A stretch of 24,702 nucleotides of DNA, taken from positions 1-24,702 of the forward strand of contig DASQSC010000246.1 of assembly GCA_035642555.1 (NCBI GenBank), read 5' to 3'. Below the pieces are notes generated by a model, which did no database searches, was not told the origin of the DNA, and saw nothing but the letters and a program-made list of their open reading frames with translations. Shown here piece after piece: positions 16,580 through 24,695 of the stretch. A program made the translations under genes and the position numbers. This DNA is from Streptosporangiaceae bacterium. Lineage in GTDB: Bacteria > Actinomycetota > Actinomycetes > Streptosporangiales > Streptosporangiaceae. Each line of letters opens with the position of its first letter. The first letter of the stretch is position 1.

Positions 16580-17566
16580 CTAGCTCGCCGCCCTGGTCCG
16601 GGGATCCAGGATGGCGGTGGCCAGGTCGGACAGCAGGATCGCCAGCAGCACACCCACGGTGATCAGCAGGAACAGTGCCTGCATCAGGGGGTAGTCGGTG
16701 TTCTGGACGGCTTGCAGCAGCAGCCAGCCGACGCCCTGATAGTTGAAGACGTACTCGACCAGGATCGCGCCGCCGAGCACGAACCCCAGCGACATCGCGA
16801 AGCCGGTGAGGTTCGGCAGTATCGCGTTCCTCGCCGCGTAGTCCAGCATGACCCGCCTGCCGGGCAGGCCCTTGGCCCGGGCCATCCGCACGTAGTCCTC
16901 TGCCAGCGTAGTGATCATGGTGTTGCGCATGGTGAGTATCCAGGTGCCGATCGTCGTGATGAGCAGGGCGAACGCGGGCAGGATGGCGTGCTCGAGCACA
17001 TTACCGATGAACGACAGCGACAGCGATGGCGTCAGGGTGTAGGTGTAGCTGAAGAAGTAGGGGAGCACCCGCAGTTTCACGCCGAAGATCAGGATCAGGA
17101 TCAGGCCGAGCCAGAAGAACGGGACGACGGTCAAGATCACGAAGAACGGCGGCATGATGCTGTCGAGCCAGGTTCCCCGCCGCCAGGCGGCGACGATGCC
17201 GATGCCGGTGCCCAGCACGAACGCGAGCACCGTGGTGACCCCCACCAGCCCGAGGGTCCACGGGATCGCGTTCAGGATGATCCGGCCCACCGACGTGCCG
17301 GTCTGGGTGGTCAGCGAGTTACCGAAGTTGAACCTCGCCACGTTCCCCAGGTAGCCGAAGTACTGCGCGACCACATTCTGATGCGTGCCGATGCCGAACT
17401 GCTGCTCGAGCACATGCAGGGCCTGCGGGCTGGTTCCGCCCTTCAGCTTTCCGATGATCGCCAGCGCCGGGTTGCCGGGCATCAGCCGCGGCAGCACGAA
17501 GTTCAGCGTCAGCGCCGCCCACAGGGTCAGCAGGAAGAAACCCAGCCGGCGCAGCGCGAACCTCAT
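16580..17566 (-). CDS. ABC transporter permease, OppB/DppB-like
   Basis: LNFVLPRLMPGNPA, EAA motif EDYVRMARAKGLP, RNAILP, EYVFNYQGVG, DYPLMQ. Strong SD GGAGGAGG. Confidence 0.95.
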   Translation of the reverse strand: MRFALRRLGFFLLTLWAALTLNFVLPRLMPGNPALAIIGKLKGGTSPQALHVLEQQFGIGTHQNVVAQYFGYLGNVARFNFGNSLTTQTGTSVGRIILNAIPWTLGLVGVTTVLAFVLGTGIGIVAAWRRGTWLDSIMPPFFVILTVVPFFWLGLILILIFGVKLRVLPYFFSYTYTLTPSLSLSFIGNVLEHAILPAFALLITTIGTWILTMRNTMITTLAEDYVRMARAKGLPGRRVMLDYAARNAILPNLTGFAMSLGFVLGGAILVEYVFNYQGVGWLLLQAVQNTDYPLMQALFLLITVGVLLAILLSDLATAILDPRTRAAS

Positions 17567-17610
17567 GCCCTCCTCCTCCGAGTCACCGGGGGTTACCTCC
17601 TAGCCTCCCG

Positions 17611-17647
17611 CCCAGGGCCGGTCCCGCAAGGGGACCAGGGCCCCGGG
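17611..17647 (-). other. Intercistronic stem-loop between the substrate-binding protein and the first permease
   Basis: Core GGTCCC (17620-17625) / GGGACC (17631-17636), extendable by flanking G-C/G.U pairs. It begins about 14 nt after the SBP stop. Confidence 0.45.
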
Positions 17648-17660
17648 CGGCTGGCTGCCG

Positions 17661-19328
17661 TTACTTCTTGGGCACCAGGTGCATCAGCACCTGCGCCCAG
17701 TCGGGATAGATGTAGATGGCCGGCCGGGCGTAGGGGTTGGCGGGGGTAGGCCAGCCGCTGAAGCTGCCAGCGTCGTACTGGAACCAGTCCACCCCTTCGG
17801 TGACCGGGATCACCGGCACCTGGGAGAGCATGACCTTCTGCAACTGGTTGACGATCGCGTGCTGCTCCGCCGGGTTGGTGGTGGCGGCGTACTCGTTGAT
17901 CAGCTTGTCGGTGGCCGGGTCGCGGTACCGCTCGAAGTTGGACCCGGCCGCGGTGCCGATCGGCGCGGTGTTGCCCGAGTAGAGGTCCTGCCGCAGTTCG
18001 TAGTACGGGGAGGGCCCGCCGGTCTGCCCGTAGTACCCGAGGTCGAACTTGCCCGTGTAGATGTCGCTCTGCCAGGTGTTGTAGGCCACGTTGCTGGGTG
18101 TCACCTGGATGCCGACGGCCTTCAGGTTGGCGATGATGACCTGCATCGACGCCACCCAGTCGGAGAACCCGCCGTTGTTGATGACGGTGAAGGACAGCGG
18201 CTTCCCGGAGGGGGTCTGGAAGATCCCGTTGGAGCCCCGCTTGAAGCCGGCGTCCTGCAGGATGGAGATGGCCTTGGCCGGGTTGTAGGCGTAATTGCCG
18301 TAGGAGGCCAGCTGCTGCTTGTCGAGCCAGCTGGCGAACGTCGGGGTGGCGATGCCGGCCTGGTTGGAGGCGGGCTCGTAGCCGTACTCGCCGATCGAGG
18401 AGACCTTCGGCCGGTTGATCGCATACGCCATCGCCCGCCGCACGGCCACGTTCTTCAGGATCGGGTTCGTCAGGTTGATGAACAGGGTGACGTTCGCGAC
18501 CGGCGGGAACCAGTAGTGGTAGCTCGGGTTCTTCGACAGGTAGAACTGCTTGATGCTGGGGATGAACTGGCTGCCCCACTGCGCCTGGCCGTTGGCCAGG
18601 TAGGTGTTGGCCGTGTCGTTGGACAGGAACGCCGGGTAGTTCACGGTGCCGACCTTCGGCAGGCCAGGCTGCCAGTAGTGCCGGTTGGCCTGGTAGGTGA
18701 TGTTCTGCGGTGTGCACTTGCCCATCGTGAACGCGCCGGTGCCGACAGGATGCTTGTCCGGGTAGGTCACCGGGTTGGCGATCTTCGACCAGATGGCCTT
18801 CGACACGATCGGGATCTGGTCGCCGATGTAGTAGAAGTAGGGCACCCCGGCGGCCTTGAACTTCATGACCACCTGGTTTGAGCCCTGCTGGGTGACGCTG
18901 GACAGCACCGACCAGACGGAGTTGATGTCGAGGGTCTTGTGCTGCTTCAGCAGGTTGAACGTGTAGACGACATCGGCGGCCGTCAGCGGCGTTCCGTTGG
19001 CGAACTTCACCCCGTTGCGGATGGTGAAGGTGAGCTGCTTGTCGCCGCTACCCCAGGCCCACTTGGTGGCCAGCCACGGGGTCGCCTTGGCGTTCTGGAG
19101 CGCGTTCACGAACACCAGCGGCTCGTAGATGTTGCCGTTCGAGAAGCTGATATCGGACAGGTTGAAGGGGTTGAAGTCGCAGGCCCAGGTCCCGCCGCTC
19201 TCGTTGTCGATGGTGAGCGAGCCGCTCGGGCCCGACGACCCACCGGACGACGACGATGAACTGCCGCCGCAGGCGGCTGCCACCAGTGCCGCAGCCGACA
19301 GGACGGCGATGGTTGCTATGCGTCTCAT
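17661..19328 (-). CDS. Family-5 ABC substrate-binding lipoprotein, probably oligosaccharide-binding
   Basis: Lipobox AAALVAAAC followed by a Ser/Gly linker. Family-5 motifs DFNPF, IYEPL, TFTIRNGVKFANGTPLTAADVVYTF, PVGTGAF, VRRAMAYAINR. ATGA overlap with the ROK kinase stop. Sugar specificity is inferred from context. Confidence 0.92.
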   Translation of the reverse strand: MRRIATIAVLSAAALVAAACGGSSSSSSGGSSGPSGSLTIDNESGGTWACDFNPFNLSDISFSNGNIYEPLVFVNALQNAKATPWLATKWAWGSGDKQLTFTIRNGVKFANGTPLTAADVVYTFNLLKQHKTLDINSVWSVLSSVTQQGSNQVVMKFKAAGVPYFYYIGDQIPIVSKAIWSKIANPVTYPDKHPVGTGAFTMGKCTPQNITYQANRHYWQPGLPKVGTVNYPAFLSNDTANTYLANGQAQWGSQFIPSIKQFYLSKNPSYHYWFPPVANVTLFINLTNPILKNVAVRRAMAYAINRPKVSSIGEYGYEPASNQAGIATPTFASWLDKQQLASYGNYAYNPAKAISILQDAGFKRGSNGIFQTPSGKPLSFTVINNGGFSDWVASMQVIIANLKAVGIQVTPSNVAYNTWQSDIYTGKFDLGYYGQTGGPSPYYELRQDLYSGNTAPIGTAAGSNFERYRDPATDKLINEYAATTNPAEQHAIVNQLQKVMLSQVPVIPVTEGVDWFQYDAGSFSGWPTPANPYARPAIYIYPDWAQVLMHLVPKK

Positions 19329-20314
19329 GACGATGATCCCTCACTGACGGTGTTCCAGACAGGGACGGGCGCGCCGCCGGCGGGGTGTCCCGCCGCGGCA
19401 GCGTCCATGGCGAGCGCGACCGCGCCGATGAGCGGTGCGTCGGAGGGGAAGCGGGCCGCCACGAGCTCGGGCGGGAACGGGGCGCCTGCGTCCAGGGCCT
19501 GCTGCAGCAGCGGCTGCAGCCGATGCCACGACCCGACCATGCCGCCGCCCACCGCGATCCGGGCCGGGTTGATGCAGATAGCGATATTGACGAGGTGGTA
19601 TGCCAGCTCGGTGACGAACTCGGTGCGCAGCCGGCCGAGCTCCGGCTGGCCATCACCGGCCGCGAACACGTCGGCGGCAGACGCTGCGGGGCCGTCCGGC
19701 CCGGCATGGCCGCTCGCCCGCCGGGCCATCGCCTTGCCGCTGACCATGTCCTCCAGCGGGACCCTGGCGGCAGGGCCGAGCCCCACGTCGGAAACGGCGC
19801 GCAGGTTGTAGCCGATCTCCCCGGCCGCGCCGTTGGCGCCGCCGACGACCTGGCCGCCGGCCACCAGGGCGGCGGACAGGCCGGTGCCGAGATTCAGGTA
19901 GACGGCCGGGTCGGCGCCTGCCAGGGCACCCCAGCGTGCCTCGGCGCGGGCCGCCGCCTTGGCGTCGGTGGCCATCCGGACCGGGATGCCGGGAAAGGCG
20001 GCGCGCAGCTCGCGCCCCAGCGGCAGCTCGCCCCAGCCGTCGATCGCGGGCGCCAGCTCCACCCGGTCCTCGAATGGGATCCCGAACGTCGACACCCCCA
20101 CCGCGGCGATCGGCCGGGCGGGGGCGGCCGACGCCAGCAGGTCGCGGGCCGCCTGGATGCCGCGCTCGAAGCTGGCCCGGGCGCCGAGCTCGCCGCCGCT
20201 GGCAACGGTGACCGAGCCGAGCCTGTCCCCCGCGGGCACGCAGACCGCGATGGCGATCTTGGAGCCACCGAAATCTAGTCCGAGTACGACCGACGAATCC
20301 ACTAAGCCTTCCAT
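19325..20314 (-). CDS. ROK-family sugar kinase (no HTH, no Cys-Zn motif)
   Basis: VLGLDFGGSK, ATDAKAAARAE, YLNLGTGLS, GANGAAGEIGY, NPARIAVGGG. Alternative start GTG 20302. Confidence 0.88.
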   Translation of the reverse strand: MEGLVDSSVVLGLDFGGSKIAIAVCVPAGDRLGSVTVASGGELGARASFERGIQAARDLLASAAPARPIAAVGVSTFGIPFEDRVELAPAIDGWGELPLGRELRAAFPGIPVRMATDAKAAARAEARWGALAGADPAVYLNLGTGLSAALVAGGQVVGGANGAAGEIGYNLRAVSDVGLGPAARVPLEDMVSGKAMARRASGHAGPDGPAASAADVFAAGDGQPELGRLRTEFVTELAYHLVNIAICINPARIAVGGGMVGSWHRLQPLLQQALDAGAPFPPELVAARFPSDAPLIGAVALAMDAAAAGHPAGGAPVPVWNTVSEGSSS

Positions 20315-20359
20315 TGCGGGAGGTCAGAGGCACATTTCAGGTGGTATGGTACAAATTTG

Positions 20360-20378
20360 GTTAGGATAGTATCCTAAC
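20360..20378. promoter_or_regulatory. Perfect 19-bp palindrome GTTAGGATA-G-TATCCTAAC, candidate ROK repressor operator (CsnR-like)
   Basis: 9-bp arms at 20360-20368 and 20370-20378 in an AT-rich patch between the divergent operon and the ROK regulator. -10-like hexamers are adjacent on both strands (TATGGT + 20345-20350; TACCAT - 20351-20346). Confidence 0.8.
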
Positions 20379-20584
20379 TATCACGCTCGGACAAGGCCCT
20401 CGCTGCTCCCGCTGGCGGCATCGTGACGGAGCACCGGCGGGTGCGCCATAGCGCCACGGCCGCCGGCCCGCGCCGCGCAGCGGGCCGGCGCGCATGGCGG
20501 GCGGAGCGTACCCGGACGGAGAGCGCGGCCGGCCGGGATCTGCTGGACACGGCCTTGCTGCGCACTGCGCGGAGATGAGGCAGG

Positions 20585-21856
20585 ATGCAGGCGGAGGTGG
20601 CAGTGACGGTGATGCCGGCTGGCGCATCCGGGGCGGTGGCGGCCGGGGCGGTGGCGGCCGCGCGTCCCCGGCTGATCCGCGCTCTGAACGAGCAGCTGCT
20701 GCTCGGCCATATCCGCGAGCTGGGCCAGTGCTCACGGGCCGACCTGGCCCGGCTGTCCGGGCTGTCCAAGCCGACGGTGTCGGTCGCGCTCGGGAACCTG
20801 GAGCGGGCGGGCCTGGTCCGCACCGCCGGCCAGCGCATGGGCCGGCCGGGCAGGTCGGCGCTCCTGTACGAGATACGTCCCGAGGCGGGCTTCGTGCTCG
20901 GCCTCGACCTCGGGGCACAGTACGTCCGCGGCGCCCTGGCGGACCTGGCGGGCGGGGTCCGGGCCCGGGCGGAGGCCAGGTCCCGGGCCGCCAGCGGGCG
21001 CGGCCGCGCGGTGGAGCTGATCGGCCTGGCCGAGGACCTGTGCGCGCAGGCCAGGCTCGCCCCGGCAGAGGTCATCCAGACCGTCATCGGCAGCCCGGGC
21101 GTGTACGACCCGCGCCGCCAGGCCCTGGCCCTCACCGGTGACCTGCCCGGCTGGGACCGCCCGGCGGTGCTGGCCCGGCTGCGGGAGGCGCTCGGGGACT
21201 CGCTGGTCATCGAGAACGATGTCGACGCGGCGGCGATGGCCGAGCGGGCGCACGGGCACGGGCGCGAGGTCGAGAGCTTCGCGTTCGTGTCGGTGGGCAC
21301 CGGTATCGGCATGGGCCTGGTCATCGGCGGGCAGCTCTTCCGCGGCAGTCACGGGGTGGCGGGCGAGATCGCCTACCTGCCGATGTCCGGCGGTCACGGC
21401 GCGGACCCGCACGACGCCCGGCGGCGGGGCACCCTGGAGGCCGCGGCCTCCGCGTCGGCCGTGGTGCGGGCCGCCCGGCGGGCCGGGCTGCGGGGCCCGG
21501 TCTCGGCGCGGCGGGTGTTCACCGCGGCGGCCAAAGGCGACGACCGGGCGGCGGCCGTGGTGGCCGAAGAGGCGGCCCTGGTGGCGCGGGTGCTGTGCGC
21601 GATCGTGACCATCGTTGACCCGGGGCTGATCGTGCTCGGCGGCGGCATCGGCCAGGCACCCGGCTTCGCCGACGCGGTGACCAGGGAGCTTGAGCGCATC
21701 GCGCCGGTCAGGCCGCAGGTGCGGGTCAGCGCGCTCGGCACCGAGGCAGTGGTGGACGGCTGCCTCGCGGCCGGGACCGGCCTCGCCTGGACGCAGCTGA
21801 CCGGGCGGCTGGCGGCCGCCGACAGCCCCGACGGCCAGCAGGGCAGCGCGTCGTGA
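20585..21856 (+). CDS. ROK-family transcriptional repressor (HTH + ROK; CsnR-like by context)
   Basis: LIRALNEQLLLGHIRELGQCSRADLARLSGLSKPTVSVAL (ROK HTH); FVLGLDLG; IENDVDAAAMAE; SVGTGIGMG; AGEIAY; DPGLIVLGGG. Start is approximate. Confidence 0.93.
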   Translation: MQAEVAVTVMPAGASGAVAAGAVAAARPRLIRALNEQLLLGHIRELGQCSRADLARLSGLSKPTVSVALGNLERAGLVRTAGQRMGRPGRSALLYEIRPEAGFVLGLDLGAQYVRGALADLAGGVRARAEARSRAASGRGRAVELIGLAEDLCAQARLAPAEVIQTVIGSPGVYDPRRQALALTGDLPGWDRPAVLARLREALGDSLVIENDVDAAAMAERAHGHGREVESFAFVSVGTGIGMGLVIGGQLFRGSHGVAGEIAYLPMSGGHGADPHDARRRGTLEAAASASAVVRAARRAGLRGPVSARRVFTAAAKGDDRAAAVVAEEAALVARVLCAIVTIVDPGLIVLGGGIGQAPGFADAVTRELERIAPVRPQVRVSALGTEAVVDGCLAAGTGLAWTQLTGRLAAADSPDGQQGSAS

Positions 21857-22905
21857 GCCACCAGCCGCCGGCCCCGGCCCGCCCCGGCAGCGGGACGCGG
21901 GCACCCGGGCAGCTGATGGCGGCGGAGATGGCCGCCCAGCCGGAGGTGCTGGCCCGGCTGGCCGGGCGGGCCGCCGCGGACGCCGCTGCGGTGCGGGCGG
22001 TGCTGCCCGGGCCGCTGGCGGGCGTGATGTTCGTGGCCCGCGGCTCCTCCGACAACGCGGCCGTGTTCGGCCGCTACCTGACCGAGCTCACCGCCGGGCG
22101 GCCGGCCGGGCTGGCCGCGCCCAGCCTCTACACCCGGTACCGGGCCGCCGCGGACTGGCACGGCTATCTGGTGATCGCGCTGAGCCAGTCGGGCGCGACC
22201 CCCGAGATCCTCACCACCGCCGAGGCCCTGCGGTCCCGCGGGGCCAGGGTCATCGGCATCACGAACGAGCCCGGCAGCCCGCTGGCCGGCGTGACCGACC
22301 TGGTGCTGACCACGGACGCCGGGCCGGAGCGGGCCGTGCCGGCCACCAAGACCGTGACCGCGCAGCTGGCCGTGCTGGTCTCGGTGGCGGCGGCGCTCGG
22401 CCCCGGCGCGGCCGCCGAGGAGGTGCTCCCCCGGCTGCCGGACGCGGTGCGGGCCGTGCTGGCGGACCCGGGCCCGGTGACGTCCCTGGCGGCCGGGTGG
22501 GCCGCGCTCGACCGCCTGGTGGTGACGGGACGCGGGCTGGGGTACGCGGCGGCGCTGGAGACCGCGCTCAAGGTCAAGGAGACGTCCGGGATCCTGGCCG
22601 AGGGCATCTCCGCCGCCGACCTGCGGCACGGGCCGATCGCGGCGGTGTACGCGGGCGCGCCGGTGCTGCTGGTGGACGCGGGCGGGCCCGCGGCCGCGGA
22701 CCTCGCCGAGCTCAGGGAGCTCCTGCAGCGGCGCGGCGCCGAGAGCGCGGCGCTGCCCGGGCCAGTCGCGGCCGGCCTGCCCGAGCCTGCCCAGGTGATC
22801 ACGGCGGTGGTGCGCGGCCAGCAGCTCGCTCACGCCCTCGCGCTTGCCCGGGGAGCCGACCCCGACTCCCCCGCCCACCTGACCAAGGTCACCGGCACCA
22901 CCTGA
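21853..22905 (+). CDS. Stand-alone double SIS-domain protein (GlmS isomerase-like; amino-sugar-6-phosphate deaminase/isomerase)
   Basis: MAAEMAAQP, ARGSSDNAA, ALSQSGATPE, VPATKTVTAQL, ALETALKVKETS, ADLRHGP, LTKVTGT. No glutaminase domain. GTGA overlap with the ROK regulator stop. Confidence 0.88.
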   Translation: MSHQPPAPARPGSGTRAPGQLMAAEMAAQPEVLARLAGRAAADAAAVRAVLPGPLAGVMFVARGSSDNAAVFGRYLTELTAGRPAGLAAPSLYTRYRAAADWHGYLVIALSQSGATPEILTTAEALRSRGARVIGITNEPGSPLAGVTDLVLTTDAGPERAVPATKTVTAQLAVLVSVAAALGPGAAAEEVLPRLPDAVRAVLADPGPVTSLAAGWAALDRLVVTGRGLGYAAALETALKVKETSGILAEGISAADLRHGPIAAVYAGAPVLLVDAGGPAAADLAELRELLQRRGAESAALPGPVAAGLPEPAQVITAVVRGQQLAHALALARGADPDSPAHLTKVTGTT

Positions 22906-22961
22906 CCGGCGCCGCCGGCCACCAGACCGGCGCCACCGGCACCACCCGACCGGCGCCGCCG
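22890..22961. repeat. 28-bp imperfect direct repeat of the SIS gene 3' end
   Basis: CACCGGCACCACCTGACCGGCGCCGCCG (22890-22917) vs CACCGGCACCACCCGACCGGCGCCGCCG (22934-22961), one mismatch. Confidence 0.8.
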
Positions 22962-23027
22962 CCCGCCCGCGGCAGATCCGCCGGCCCGCACCGGCCATCC
23001 GGCAGCGGAGCGAGCCGCTGGCGGGAA

Positions 23028-23759
23028 TCAGTCGTGGGCGATGAGCGGGTCGGTCGCGTCCGGGCGCACCCCGCCGAACATCCGGGCGGCCTGGTCCGCG
23101 CGCAGCCCCACGAACGTCCCCTCCGCCTCGACCAGCACCGTGCCAGGGCCGGCGGCGGTGGTGATGACGCCCCGGGCGGTGACGCGACGGCCGTTCACCC
23201 CGGTCACCTCCGCGGTGAGACGGAGCGGGGTCTGCAGCGGCACCGGCGCCCGGTACCTGGTCTCCAGCCTGACGGTCATGCCCGGGTGCCCCGCCGCGCT
23301 GGTCGCGTAGCCGAGCAGCTGATCCAGCAGCATCGCGCTGACGCCGCCGTGCGCGAAGCTGGGCGGCCCCTCGAAGGCCAGGCCGAGGGTGCAGGTACCG
23401 GTCACCGCCGTCCCGGTCACCTCGATGCGCAGCGGCGGGGCGAGCGCGCTGCCGCTGCCGGTCACTGGGTTGTACATCCGGAACCCGCCCAGCAGGTCGT
23501 CAGCGCCCGGCAGCTCCGCCCGCGTCCGCAGGCGCTGGCTCAGCGTCGCCGCTGCCGTCCTGACCTGCGCGGTCACCTGCCCGAGCACGTCTTCGGTGGC
23601 CTCGGTGGCCGACGCGGCCCCGGCCAGTTCCCGCAGCGCATCCCCCAGCTCGGTGATGGCCGCGCGGCGGCTGCGAAGCACCTCGTCCTGACCGGCCGGC
23701 CGGGCACCCAGGGGGTGATGACTGCGCCCGGGCTCGCTGACCGAACCGCTCTCCGCCAC
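23028..23759 (-). CDS. PaaI/hotdog-fold thioesterase
   Basis: YNPVTG...APPL, EGPPSFAHGGVSAMLLDQLLG, MTVRLETRYRAPVPL, VEAEGTFV. Start taken as GTG 23759 with GGGAGG upstream. Confidence 0.88.
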   Translation of the reverse strand: MAESGSVSEPGRSHHPLGARPAGQDEVLRSRRAAITELGDALRELAGAASATEATEDVLGQVTAQVRTAAATLSQRLRTRAELPGADDLLGGFRMYNPVTGSGSALAPPLRIEVTGTAVTGTCTLGLAFEGPPSFAHGGVSAMLLDQLLGYATSAAGHPGMTVRLETRYRAPVPLQTPLRLTAEVTGVNGRRVTARGVITTAAGPGTVLVEAEGTFVGLRADQAARMFGGVRPDATDPLIAHD

Positions 23760-23854
23760 CGCGCCCTCCCGGCCCCCGGCTTGCCTGCCTGAGGCAACGA
23801 TTATCACCGCCCGCCCCGTGATCGCCGGCGGCGCCCCCGGGTGCTCCCGGAGCG

Positions 23855-23909
23855 CCCGGTTGCGCCCGGTGCACCCGGTGCGCCCGGTGATCCCGGTGCT
23901 CCCGGTGCG
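23855..23909. repeat. Degenerate 9-bp tandem repeat (CCCGGTGNN) x6
   Basis: CCCGGT starts at 23855, 23865, 23874, 23883, 23892 and 23901. Confidence 0.8.
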
Positions 23910-23966
23910 CCAGCGGAGCCAGCCGCGGCGAAGTGGCAGCCGCCGGCGCATGGGAGGGTGGGGATC

Positions 23967-24695
23967 GTGGGCGATGCGGACGGCTCCCGCCCGGTCCCGG
24001 TGGACCGGCCGGTGATGCTGCAGCGGTGGGAGCGGCTGACGTTCCTGCACTGGCCCTACGAGCCGGCCACGGTGCAGCGGTTGCTGCCGGCCGGGCTGCA
24101 GGCCGACGTGCTCGCCGGGACGGCCTGGGTGGGGCTGGTCCCGTTCTTCATGCGGGTGTCGGCATCGGCCGGGCAGCACCTGCCGTGGGTGTCGGACTTC
24201 TGCGAGACGAACGTGCGGACCTACGTCCGGGACCGGGACGGGCAGACCGGGATCTGGTTCTTCTCGCTCGATGCCGCCCGCCTCGGGGCGGTCGTGACCG
24301 CCCGCGCGGCCTTCGGGCTGCCGTACTTCTGGTCGTCGATGCGGATCGACGAGCGCGGCGGCCAGATCGCCTATCGCTGCCGCCGCCGGCAGCCCGGCCG
24401 GGGCGGCCCGGCCAGCCTGGTACGGATCAGCCGGGGCGGACCGTACCGCCCCGGCGAGCTGGGCGAGCGTGATCACTTCCTGACCGCGCGGTGGCTGCTG
24501 TTCAGTGCCTCCGGCACCCGCAGGCGGCTGGCGCGGGCCGCCCACCCGCCCTGGCCGCTGTATCGCGCCGAGGTGGCCGGCCTGGACGACGGCCTGCTGC
24601 CCGCCGCCGGCCTGCCCCGGCCGGACGGCGCGCCGCTGGTGCACTACTCCCCCGGCGTGGACGTGCGGATCGGCCGGCCGGAGCCGTGGCGCTGA
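23967..24695 (+). CDS. DUF2071 / YqjF-family protein
   Basis: MLQRWERLTFLHWPY, ETNVRTYV, GIWFFSLDA, FGLPYF, HFLTARW, HPPWPL, HYSPGVDV. Start taken as GTG 23967 (GGAGG at 23953-23957). Confidence 0.88.
   Translation: MGDADGSRPVPVDRPVMLQRWERLTFLHWPYEPATVQRLLPAGLQADVLAGTAWVGLVPFFMRVSASAGQHLPWVSDFCETNVRTYVRDRDGQTGIWFFSLDAARLGAVVTARAAFGLPYFWSSMRIDERGGQIAYRCRRRQPGRGGPASLVRISRGGPYRPGELGERDHFLTARWLLFSASGTRRRLARAAHPPWPLYRAEVAGLDDGLLPAAGLPRPDGAPLVHYSPGVDVRIGRPEPWR

Noticed and set aside
13480-19328. Oligopeptide/nickel uptake as the function of the Opp-like ABC transporter
   Set aside because: It is embedded in, and translationally coupled to, sugar kinases and GH4 genes under a ROK operator. No peptidase or nickel enzyme is nearby. 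Family-5 oligosaccharide binders are known.
22890-22961. attL/attR pair of an integrated element
   Set aside because: The copies are only 16 bp apart, and there is no cargo, integrase or tRNA.
23836-23910. CRISPR array or a real collagen-like domain
   Set aside because: Units are 9 bp with no spacers and no cas genes. The (PGA)n stretch is only about five triplets and lies upstream of the best SD-supported start.
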